From Lingula anatina (taxonomy: Eukaryota; Animalia; Brachiopoda), in contig CM120642.1 of the NCBI GenBank assembly GCA_051362555.1, positions 5,704,001 to 5,768,000 of the forward strand: a DNA stretch of 64,000 bases, written 5' to 3'. The notes under the pieces are model-generated. The model had not been told where the DNA came from and searched no databases. It was given only the letters and a program-made list of their open reading frames with translations. A program made the translations under genes and the position numbers. Positions 24,622 through 35,400 of this stretch are shown in pieces (position 1 is the first letter of the stretch; every line of letters starts with the position of its first letter).

Positions 24622-25937
24622 TGTATAAAATTACGACTCAACAGTGTGTTTTCATCCATATTTACCTAAAATTCATTTTTGTTGGTGGCCATCTTGAATT
24701 TTTTTGATGATTGGAGCTTAGATAATTACTTTTTGGAAAAATTAGATTCTAAACAGTAAAAGGACACTGCAGTTTATCAAAATATAGTCTTTAATCATTT
24801 GCCCATCATTCAATTTGATGCTTTTCAACATGCAAATCAAAATGTCGTTTGTTTTGAATCCAGAAATTGACGGCCATTTTGGACTTTTCAACCCTAAACT
24901 ACAAGCCTAAAAGCATTTTGAATCATTCAGTTATATATTCCATTCCATACTTCAACAATAAAGCTCAGAAATAGCCTTTTACGTAAGGCTCATAACATAT
25001 GGTATTGTCCATACGGGTAGCGTGCAGTTCATTTTTATCAATGGCAAACTTGGAATCATGATAAATGAAGAAAAATTAACCACTTTTTGACAGAATAAAG
25101 TGTCCAAGAAGCAAAATGAGATTGCAATACAGATAAATTTATCTAAAAATAAATATTTTTAATTTGCTAATTATTCAATTTAATGTTTTTTAACATGCAA
25201 ATCAAAATAATGTACGTTTTGAATCCAGAAATTGGCGGCCATTTTGGATTTTTATACCCTGAACAAAATCTCAAAACAATTTAAATTATTCAGTCATACA
25301 TTTCATACCATGACCTGTGCAATAAATCCTCCATTAAGTAGTCTGAGATGTTTTATACTGAGAAACTCTTGTTGACATATCAAAACAAAAAGCCCATTTT
25401 ATGTGGTGGCCATCTTGGATTAGAGCCATCTGTGTTCAAATGTACAATTTTGTGATAAATTAACTGGTAAAAATTAAAAATATAGACTTCAACTTATTCA
25501 AATACATCAAAACATGTAAAATATTCCTAATTTTTGGTTAATAAAAAAAAATTTCAAATTAAGGTATTTGTATTTTTTCACAAAAAGTAAGGAAAATGGC
25601 CGCCATCTTGGATTCAGTCACCATCTTGAAAAATGTAAAGTGCCTGAAAAATCAAAGAAGGCCAAAGTACTTGTGATCAGTGCAAATTTTGATAATATTA
25701 AGTTGTTAAGTAACTTTTAAATCAATTTTTGTATTTACAGTTGACACATGAATTTACTGGCGGCCATCTTGGATTTGGCCTGTTTCCGGTACAAACGGAC
25801 ACTTTTTCAAGCCGGAAACAAGCAGAAATGAAAAATTCAGGTTCTAAACTACAAGAATCAATCATAAAACCTTTGCCTGACGGGGGGTGCAGCCAAATCC
25901 TTAAATAAGGCCTTTTTTCAATTTGGCTCATGGACTA
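21038..25937. mobile_element. Academ-type foldback element, 4900 bp, ~2.27-kb inverted arms
   Basis: TAGTCCATGAGCCAAA / TTTGGCTCATGGACTA termini, TAT TSD (21035-37, 25938-40). Arms ~21038-23311 and ~23663-25937 are reverse complements with scattered differences; spacer ~350 bp. Confidence 0.85.
22340..22410. repeat. (TA)n microsatellite in the left arm; mirror copy at 24566-24618
   Basis: Read directly; the two tracts differ in length. Confidence 0.95.
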
Positions 25938-27295
25938 TATGTGTATAATTCTGTTTCTTTTTTTCTTTATGTAATGTATTTGTATCCTTAATTAAATCTG
26001 CTTTTACTACTTGTTGCAAATAAAAACTTCTAGAAAGTGTAAAAATTGTATGGAAACTTTTCAGTAAAATCTAAAATAATTTTCAATTTTTATTTCTTTG
26101 TTTGCAGAAAGAGTTGAGGGATCATCCAGAACGCCATGCAGACCATCCAGAACAACAGTGCAAAGTAAGTTAATATTGTAAATATTTACTTTTTTAAGGG
26201 GATTTCCTTACTTACATTTAGCTTTCAACAATCCTTTTACATTTTAGTCAACCTTAAAATTTGTTAATTATCCCTAGGTCATGAATAGAACAAAATGTAA
26301 TTGAGGAAGTTCCAATACTAGTGTCACGAAAAATGTATAATGTTACATTGTATTTAATTTTTACTTCTTTTTTACGGGCAAGAGGAGAACAGGCACAGGT
26401 AATATTCTCAAAGTTTTAAAGTTCTAATTTACATTTGTTTTACTGATTAATGATATATTTTAACACTCATAGGTTTTTAAAAGTACATGTATTCGCTAAA
26501 CTACCATACTGTTTCATTTTTTTAGATCCAACAACAGGCCTATACCAAATAGAGGAAGAACGATTGCAAATTGAAAAGAATAGGTTAAAAATTGAAGAAG
26601 AGAGGTTGGAAGTGGAAAGAGAAAAAGTGATAGTTCTTAAGCAGATAATGCAGTATTATTCATTGAAAGCAGAGCATCAGAAATTAAATACTTTGTTATA
26701 CAGTGAAAATTCACCACTATTGTGAAACCATTTTTTTACCATTACTTAATTGTTCACCATTACTGTTAAACCATTGTACTGTTTGCTTAATTCTTCAACA
26801 TTACTATAAAACTATTGTACAATTTACTTAAGTGCATTTCATGTACTGAGTAGTAGCCTATACCAACCATTTTGAGCAATAGTGTACCTGTAATGGATCT
26901 ATAGGTATATGGATTTATAAGTGCGTGGGTTTATGTGGACGTAGTATCTATAGGAACGCAAATATATAGGACTGTGGTAAAAAATCTGATCTATCGGTAT
27001 TTAAATCTAAAAAGACGTAATTTCGGTTTTTCCTTTTTGTATCTATCGGTAACGGGAGTATAGGGACGTGTGTTAAAGTGCAACTTGGTAGGTGTTTTTT
27101 CCCGTGTTTTAAGTTCCAGACATCTAACACGATGTTAATCAAAACAAATGAACCTAAAATGAATGCTCACAAATTCCCCAATCAATGTCAATTGAGCGTG
27201 CAGCGCTTTCCCCCGAAATATTCGTGACGTCATGAGAGGAACCCCTCAGACGGGGCCCCGCTTAGATAACTCGTTAGTTCTGAGACACAGTAAAC

Positions 27296-28229
27296 ATGGT
27301 TAGACGTAGTATTGTCGGCGGGTGCTAGAACACTTGTGAAAATAAAGGTATTTTGATGTACAAATTTCCAAAAGATCTAGCAGTGGTCCAGAAGTGGAAA
27401 AAATTTGTCAATTTGACAAGAGTATGGGAGTTAGACGCGAAAGAAGCTATCGCAAACCACTCAGTGATATGTAGCGCTCATTTCGAGGAGGCTTGCTTCG
27501 ACGAGGGACAGCAAATGAAGATTCGGCATGCTTTTGCTCAGTAAGTTCACTATTTTGGTCATTTTTATCTTAATCTTACAACTTCGTTTGAGACTTGTAA
27601 CATTTTAAATTTTCTAAGTACGGTTACCCTGATTCGCTACGGATTTATACGTCTGTGATTTCGGAGTTTAGAGCCGATCTCGCGTTTTCGTTTTGTTTTC
27701 ATTTTAATAAGATAATGACTGCTTGGTACATTGTGCGTTCATCTAGTAATGAGTAAGATATTACTAGTAATGAGTAAAATATCTGTGCTAAAGCTCCCAA
27801 AGCTTTGACCGTAACGATCAGCGGAAGCCAGCTGACTCCGAAACTGGCGTGTCATGCATTTCAGCAATGTGGTATGTGCTTGTTCAATTTCTAAATTTAC
27901 CGACTGTAATACGTTTTTGCGCCTTTAGGTTACCAAGACTGACGCCTGGGGCGGTGCCCACTATCCGCCCGCATAAGAGAATGGTTCAAGTCGGGGAAGA
28001 GGCAGAAGAAAGCCTGCACTTACCCGTGAAAAAAGCCAACAGGGAGCAGACTGTCCAAAAAACCCCAGTTTGCACGGGTATGCCTTGATGCCGCAACGTT
28101 ATTTCATTGGATTAAAATATTAATCTTTTCATTATGTAGCAAGAAGTAATATGATTAGGCTAGGATTATTACGCTGTTATGCAATGATTAATTACGAGTC
28201 CATGGGGAGTAACAGCATTTTCACAAAAT

Positions 28230-28285
<56 letters not shown>

Positions 28286-29247
28286 CTTTATGCAATGTAC
28301 CTTGACAGTAAATAAAGTTTTATTTTTTACATTTGCTTTGTTCGTGGCTGATATTAAAAAGTTCAGTTTCTTTGCAGCTGAAAAAAAAACCTTGTAAAGG
28401 ACAGACCAAAAGCCACTGCTTCAGAAGCCAGTGCCAATGAGGCAGATTCTTTTGAATTTTCAGAACCATTGATAGAGGTCTTTGGCCAGCGTCAGACTAT
28501 TTCAACTGCCTCACCCACAGACTTAACAAGTAAATACATTCTGCTTCTATGCCACTTACATATCTTTGTTATAAGTGATAATTAGATATTTTATGAGAAT
28601 TAGATATTATTTATAGAAATGTAATTACTGCTGAATAAGATTGTTCATCAATTTGGGGGGTATATTTCATTAACCAATCCCTTACTTGTCATGTTCATAT
28701 TTCAGTGCTAGAAATAGAGAGAATGTCCGAGAAAATTGATGTACCTCAGAATATTGCAGGTGATAAGAGTGCGACAGTGACACAAACAGGTTAGTGTGCA
28801 TGAGTCGGCCCTCCCCCCCCCCCAAAAAAAAAAAAAAAGAAAGAAAGAAAAATTGGCAGTTGCTAATGCAAATTGTTGAGCAGTAACAGCAGTATCCATT
28901 TTCTCATTCTTTTTTATATCAATTTTACTATCTTTATTTACTTATTTTAACATGGAAAACAGTATTTGTTTTGCAGATGCATGCGTTCATTTACATGTCT
29001 GATGTATACATATTCATATATACATACATTTATTCTTGCTAATTGTATTCCAGATTATGTAACAGAACTCATAGACATTACAAAATACCTTGTCGTATAA
29101 AAAGCAGAAGCCAGGCAAATACATCAACAATTTACTCAAGGAATCCCTGAATCTCTAGCTGCAGGGCAACCAGATGTTGATAAAGAGGAACTGATAGATA
29201 AACTGTGCACAAGATACCCAACAAGTTCATTTAATCTTGGGTCATGA
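27296..29247 (+). pseudogene. THAP-domain transposase relic of a Kolobok element (DDE core absent)
   Basis: MVRRSIVGGC*N..YKFPKD..KWKKFV..VICSAHFEEACF, intron 27541-27928, LPRLTPGAVPTI (THAP AVPTI box). Last exon ~29054-29247 YVTELI...IPESLA...DKEELIDKLCTRY resembles Kolobok transposase C-termini. Candidate left end TTAA-AGTGCAAC near 27072. Confidence 0.72.
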
Positions 29248-29524
29248 ATAACAACATCATATGTAATCAAAAATAAAAAAAACTTAGATTTTTTACACTG
29301 CTCTGCAGGTGCGTCTCAGCGCAGTTTCCTTTGTTACATATAATATAAGTATTCTGACAGTCAACAAAAACTTTGTTTTTGGAAGTTGCCATTTTCTCAA
29401 GTTTTTGTTTTGAAATTATTCTTGAAACTTAACATTTTGGTGCTTCTTGGTGTATCAAGCACACTGTTTTCATTTAAACAATGCACCATGGCCTTTTTTT
29501 TTCAGATTAATTGGAAGTGTAAAG

Positions 29525-29915
29525 TTAACTGGTTTTTGAACCAGTGAAATGCTGTTCGACTTCTTCTTCTGAAGGTGGAGGGTAGTGGGCTCGTATGCAG
29601 CTAACTGCACAACTAGGCATTGTTACCCTTATCTTCTTACCCAGCCACCCCAAAACCCAGAGGACAAATTGTCTGTAAGCTATGTGCCTCAGTCTTTGAT
29701 CCTCTCATCCTTCAAAGGCTTTCCCCCCATGTTGCTGCCTGAACTGCATCCAAGCAGTTTCGAGTACCCACTTGTTCAGGCAGACTGGCTCAAACCCTGG
29801 GTGGTCAGTTTTGCACTGCACATTCTCCTGTTTGCTTTTGTTCTGTACTACTACTTCATGGCAACAGACATTTTCTGATACACCTGGCAGGATTTGGCAA
29901 TGTCCACAGGTGCAC
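29525..29915 (-). pseudogene. KolX / P2X7 cytoplasmic-ballast-like Cys-rich protein, last exon, one in-frame stop
   Basis: CTCGHC...ENVCCHE...C.TDHPGFEPVCLN...*..RHIAYRQFVLWVLGWLGKKIRVTMPSCAVSCIRAHYP...FTG; convergent with the THAP gene; acceptor AG at 29917-29916. Confidence 0.85.
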
Positions 29916-30173
29916 CTGTAATTAAATTGAATTAATTGATCCAAAATTATGGTTGCAAATTAAAATTACTTTTATAACCAAGCACTTGCTGGCAACAACA
30001 GGGTCTCCCTTCTTAACTAATCCAACATGTGGGCACCCGACCTTACGGCTACACAGATCAAAGAGTGAGCATTACATCACGTTGACATGCAAACCGGGCA
30101 AATAATTTTATTCCAAAAATCTTGGTTATAAAATATATTTTCAGCTAGGCCTATCTTTATATTTGGAGAGCAA

Positions 30174-30706
30174 TATCGTAATGAAAATGATTAAAAGTAC
30201 AGATACAAAGTTGTGATCGTAATGAATACATTGTACCTTTCATAATTGATACAATATACATTTGTTAAGAGGTTAAACAGTGTAAGTAAGAGAGTTAAAG
30301 AGTGCATGTGTTGTTCAATAATAAAAAAAGAATAAGGGAGTATAGTTATCATTCCTTCAGGATGATACAATGAAAAATCCGTATTAATAGAAATGGCGAC
30401 CTAAGGTCAAGTAACATACCATTGCCTAATAAGAGAATGATTATATTTTGGTAATGACGTAATGATGGAAAGTTATGGAAAAAGGGATAATCATAGACAT
30501 TGTGTAAGAGCTGAGGAATTATTACATTACCAAATAAGGTAATGTAGGAGAAAGACTTTATGATACATCATGACATTGGAATGATGATCTATAGGATAAA
30601 AGAGAATACATTGTAACTGTAAAATAAGAATATACGAATAAATCTTTTAGGCCCCCAAAAGATGTATGTTCTTCATTTATAGTACTGGCGAAATATCGGT
30701 ACTATA
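30174..30706 (+). repeat. 5' LTR (533 bp)
   Basis: TATCGTA...TACTATA; matches 40475-41007 with one substitution seen by eye (AAAAGAGAAT vs AAAAGGGAAT). Confidence 0.97.
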
Positions 30707-30746
30707 ACTGGTGGAAGAAATCGATCCAGCTACCTACACGCTCTAG

Positions 30747-32444
30747 ATGCAAGGAGAAAATCCAGCAGATTGGAGTCCACCAGCAGCTAACACTAGGCAA
30801 GCAGTAGAAAAGAAGAAAATCGAGGGTCTGGAAGGTAAGACATCAGAGAGACTTCCAAAACAAACAATCAAATTTTATACAAGGACACCAAACTTTTCAC
30901 CGGCTCCATCTATAACCAAAGAAAAGTGTGTGAGAAACAAACTTTCACGTCGCAACTTGCTTTCATCAAGCGACTCGTCTGACGACGAAGAAATACAGAC
31001 TACTCATCAAATTAACGTAAATACACAATCAGAAACAGTAGGAAACAGCGCATTTTCAATTGTTGATCAATGTGTTCCAACGAATCTCGAACTATACGAA
31101 TCAAAAATAGAGACAGGCGAAAAGTATTCATTATCATTGACCTCAGTAGTGAATCCGACAGCAATAGCGATACCGAAACCGACGACAATAACGACGCAAA
31201 TTTCAGAGTTACCTGGCCAAACCGACCCATCTCCAATCGCCCCGAGTCACCTATCGTCATCAGTGACGAAGATACAGACGACGACGACCTCAAAAATTCA
31301 ACTCCCAGAGACAATTTGCCCACCACAAAAGACCCATCAACAATCAATAGCAGCACCATTAAACAGTTCATCAACCGCCCCGAGTCCCCAATTTATATCA
31401 GCAGCGACGACGAAAAAGAACAACAATAGCCAGTTGCCCGGCGATCCCGTCTCAACATATCTTAAAAGCCCAGAAATATTTAGAAAAACTTTGGGAAGGA
31501 AAATAAAAACACTGGAAAACATGAGTTCAGATTGGAGCCTAGCACCTGAAAAATTTAAAGGAAACGGTCAAGAGGACGCCGATAGATGGTTAGATCATTT
31601 CAAGAACTATATTAACTTTAAAGCTCTTGATCACGATCAAATTATTTCAATTTTTCCTCTATTACTCACTGATGCTGCTTTAGACTGGTACGAAACTTTG
31701 GCCGAGGAAGTGAAACAGGAATGGAGAAACCTCAAAGAAGAATTTCTTAACAGATATAGGCCAAGAAACACGGAAACTTGGTCTATAACATCAAAACTGT
31801 TTAAGAGGCAGCAACTGCCGGGGGAACCCGTTCAAAATTACATCGCATCCATGAGACATGACGCCAAACTGGCACAACTCGATGAAAAAATCACGTTAAC
31901 AGCAATTGTGAACGGTCTATTGCCACAGATCCGTCCCTTTGTTGTACAACAGGAGCCACGTGACCTAGACCAACTGATGTCACAGGCAAGGCTAGCTGAG
32001 AATGCGGTACAGCCCTCCAGCATAAAGCAGAACGTGGACCTCATGGAGGTGACAGCCAAAATAGATGCTCTCGGCGCACAAATGAGCCAGGTAATCAACG
32101 CCACTCGCCCTGCAGAGGTGCACATCATGGGGACGTCCCAAAGAGAGACGCAGACTCTTATGCAACCGAGAAGACAGCAGACGGGTGCATTTTATCGTGC
32201 GCGCAACCGCTACATCGGAAATCGGAGGAGAGGCGATTTTCAAGACAGCATGCACCGTGAAAACAAACAATCTGGCCCACGATCAGGTCAACGTTCAGAA
32301 GAACAGGGATTCCCAATGTGCTTGAGTTGCGGTAAGTACACGCATCTTCGAAGAAATTGCTATGCTAGAAATTTGAAATGCTTCGTGTGCAACCGTGTTG
32401 GGCATATTTCTAAAATTTGTTATTACGCACGTGCCAATAAATGA
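30747..32444 (+). CDS. gag: Gag with a long S/T/P-rich N-terminal extension, capsid domain and two CCHC knuckles
   Basis: PEKFKGNGQEDADRWLDHF...LLTDAALDWY...LKEEFLNRY...QLPGEPVQNY; CLSCGKYTHLRRNC and CFVCNRVGHISKIC. The conserved part starts near Met at 31521. Confidence 0.93.
   Translation: MQGENPADWSPPAANTRQAVEKKKIEGLEGKTSERLPKQTIKFYTRTPNFSPAPSITKEKCVRNKLSRRNLLSSSDSSDDEEIQTTHQINVNTQSETVGNSAFSIVDQCVPTNLELYESKIETGEKYSLSLTSVVNPTAIAIPKPTTITTQISELPGQTDPSPIAPSHLSSSVTKIQTTTTSKIQLPETICPPQKTHQQSIAAPLNSSSTAPSPQFISAATTKKNNNSQLPGDPVSTYLKSPEIFRKTLGRKIKTLENMSSDWSLAPEKFKGNGQEDADRWLDHFKNYINFKALDHDQIISIFPLLLTDAALDWYETLAEEVKQEWRNLKEEFLNRYRPRNTETWSITSKLFKRQQLPGEPVQNYIASMRHDAKLAQLDEKITLTAIVNGLLPQIRPFVVQQEPRDLDQLMSQARLAENAVQPSSIKQNVDLMEVTAKIDALGAQMSQVINATRPAEVHIMGTSQRETQTLMQPRRQQTGAFYRARNRYIGNRRRGDFQDSMHRENKQSGPRSGQRSEEQGFPMCLSCGKYTHLRRNCYARNLKCFVCNRVGHISKICYYARANK
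31070..31429 (+). CDS. Overprinted 119-aa acidic ORF with three SUMO-interacting-motif-like segments
   Basis: ATG-initiated, in a different frame from gag; IIIDLSSESDS, PIVISDEDTDDDD, PIYISSDDE. The internal NRPESPI repeat differs mainly at synonymous sites in this frame. Confidence 0.6.
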   Translation: MCSNESRTIRIKNRDRRKVFIIIDLSSESDSNSDTETDDNNDANFRVTWPNRPISNRPESPIVISDEDTDDDDLKNSTPRDNLPTTKDPSTINSSTIKQFINRPESPIYISSDDEKEQQ

Positions 32445-35400
32445 CTAGATTATAAGAAGAACGAAAAAGAAAACGAATGCGTCAAATTTTCAAATGTTGA
32501 AAATCATCAAATGCACAATCTATTATCAATCAAAATTTCGAAAATGCACGTTGATGCATTGGTAGACACTGGCGCCGTGATTTCATGTGTGTCAGAACAA
32601 TTTTTGAGTTCAATTAACAAAAAGGATTCAAAATTTTACAAATCATCAAAGATAAAAGAAGTTTCAGGAATAAATGGTTCTGTTCAAAAGGTTCTTGGTT
32701 TAATAGAATTACCCCTTTGTTTCGGCGATGTAGTCATCAATCACGAATTTTGTATTTTACGTATATTACCTCGAAAATTGATCATAGGCATGGATTTTCT
32801 AAAAAAACACAATGTCAAAATAGATGTCGGTTTTGACGGTTTTACTCTACCTGAGTACAACTTAGAATTACCTTTGTACAATCCTCCAAATATTGGATTT
32901 GTTAGATCCATTAGAAAAGAGACCATTCCAGCAAAATCAGAATGTTTAATTCCAGTGAAAATCTCGCATGCTTCGTGTGTAAATACAGCATTGTTAGAGC
33001 CAGTCAATCAGTTAGCATGTAAAAGAAACATCTTAGGATCTAAATGTTTGGTAACAGTGGATAAAAATCGATCATGTTATCAAATCTTGAACCCAACAGA
33101 TGAAAATATAATATTGCCAAGCAAAACAGTCCTAGCTAAAGCGTGCTCTGTAGAGGCACATAGTGTAAGTGTGTTGGAAGAAATTGGGACACAAAATGAA
33201 AACAAAGATCAGAATATATCTAAAGAGATAGCACTTAAAAATACAGAAGAACTAAGAATAGATATCATAAATTCTAATTTGAATGAAAATCAAAAAGAAC
33301 AACTCAGATTATTGATTGGTCGAAATCGTGACGTTTTTGCCAAAGACATGTCAGAGTTAGGCACGGCCAGCAGATATGAACATTATATCCAGACAGAAAA
33401 TGATATTCCCATTAAACAAACGTTTTACCGAACATCTCCAAAATTAAAAGAAGAGATTGTAAGACAAGTTGATGAAATGTTGAAACATGGGATTATAGAA
33501 GAAAGTATGAGTGCATATAGTTCTCCTGTAGTTTTAGTGAAAAAGAAAACGAACGAATACAGATTTGCAATCGATTATAGAAAGCTGAACAAAGTTACAG
33601 TGCCTATGCATTGGCCATTACCTCGTTTAGAGGACGTTTTTGATGCAATTGGAAGTGCAAAACCTGAATATTTCAGTTCGTTAGATATGGCAGGAGCATA
33701 TTGGCAATTAAAGTTAGATCCCAAAACAAAACACAAAACTGCATTTATTACACACCATGGACATTTTCAATTTCTTAAATTACCATTTGGACTCAGGAAT
33801 GCAGGTGTTAGTCTACAAGCTCTTATGAATGACCTGTTCAAAGATATGAATTGGAAAAATGTTCTGATATATATCGATGATATATTGGTAATGAGCAAAA
33901 CGTTTGAAGATCATTTGAATCATTTGGATTTAGTGTTCAAAAAGTTACGTGAGGCCAACCTAAAACTGAAACCAAGTAAATGTAAATTTGCAACGCAAGA
34001 AGTTGAATTCTTAGGGCATGTGATTAGAAAAGATGGTATCAAACCAGACAATAAAAAGTTAGAGGCAGTGAAATCTTTTCCTGTTCCAAAAAGTACAAAA
34101 GATGTGAGAAGTTATCTAGGATTGTGTAATTTTTATAGGAGATTTATTAAAGACTTCAGTAAAATAACTGAACCTTTGAACAAATTATTGAGAACAAATG
34201 TTCAATTTGAATGGAATCAAGAATGTCAGTCAGCATTTCAACAATTGAAAGACTTACTTGTGTCACCACCCATCTTAGTATATCCGGATATGACAAAAGA
34301 ATTCATATTAACCACAGATGCATCTATTAAAGCAATCGGTTTTATTTTAGGTCAAAAGGATGAAAATAACCGAGAAAGAGTTATTGCCTACGGTGGCAGA
34401 TCTTTAAACAACGCAGAAAAGAATTACTCAATACATGAATTAGAATGTTTAGCAGTAGTAGAAGGAATTAAGCAGTTTGAATCGTATTTGGCTAATAATC
34501 ATTTCAAAGTTTTCACAGATAACAAAGCCATTACGTGGTTACAAACGTTGAAACATTCTACAGGTAGATTGATAAGATGGGCATTGAAATTACAGGGCCT
34601 CGATTTTGAAATTGAACACAGAGCTGGAAAAACAAACCCAGCTGATGCTCTTTCAAGACGCGAATATGATGAAGACAATTGTTTACGAAACAAAGATGGT
34701 GTACATGTCGTGGATGATATAAGCAAACAGAAGTGTCAAAACAGTGGTTTGGTGCAAGCTAGGTTATATGTAGCAACAGAAACAGAAAATGTAAATAAAC
34801 AAAATGAGAATGGAAATAGTCAGATATTTGCTATTGACGTAGAAATTGAAAATGAAAAAGATAGATTGAAACAACAACAGCAAGAATGTCCTGACTTTAG
34901 TGATATAATAAATTATTTAGAACATAGTGAATTACCAAATGACTTAAAACAAATGCGAAAGATAATTGCAGAATCTGAACAGTACGTCATGATTGACGGT
35001 ATATTATATCACCTTTACCAACCAAGGACAAAAGGGAAAACAGAAAATTTGAGAATCATAAAACAGCTAGCTGTTCCAACAGATTTAAGATGTGATATAT
35101 TGTATGAATATCATGATTCGCTCGCAGCAGGTGCTCACCAAGGTTGTGATAGAACATTCGCATCAATTAGAAATAAATATTTCTGGAAAGCAATGTTTAG
35201 AGATGTGCAAGAATACGTTAAATCTTGTGAAACTTGCCAAAAAGTAAAGAAATTGCGGAAAGATGCACCAGCACCATTGAATCCATTGCCAATAACAAAT
35301 GTGTTTGAAAGACTTCATATGGATATCCTTGGTCCGTTGACAAAGTCTGAAGAAGGTTACAAATATATCTTGTTAGTTTCGTGCGCTTTTTCAAATTTTT

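Larger units (their letters stand above)
20271..26725 (+). pseudogene. Multi-exon Myb/SANT-like gene of a second Harbinger element, decayed and split by the foldback element
   Basis: VRKKW*D...EMRRTGGGPEPPQLTAREQI (~20310-20436), VIEIIGDVAVEGVQG (20573-), micro-exons at ~20792, 20996 and 26108, terminal coiled-coil exon IEEERLQIEKNRLKIEEERLEVERE ending at 26725. Confidence 0.7.

Noticed and set aside
22298-24669. ORFs with YIYIYI runs
   Set aside because: Translations of (TA)n microsatellites.
21044-25931. Twin ORFs 21044-21244 (+) and 25722-25931 (-) that look like a duplicated gene
   Set aside because: Mirror images produced by the foldback arms; no protein features.
31012-31374. Antisense 120-aa ORF over the gag leader
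   Set aside because: Low-complexity reverse complement of the acidic/Ser-rich overprinted frame; no independent support.
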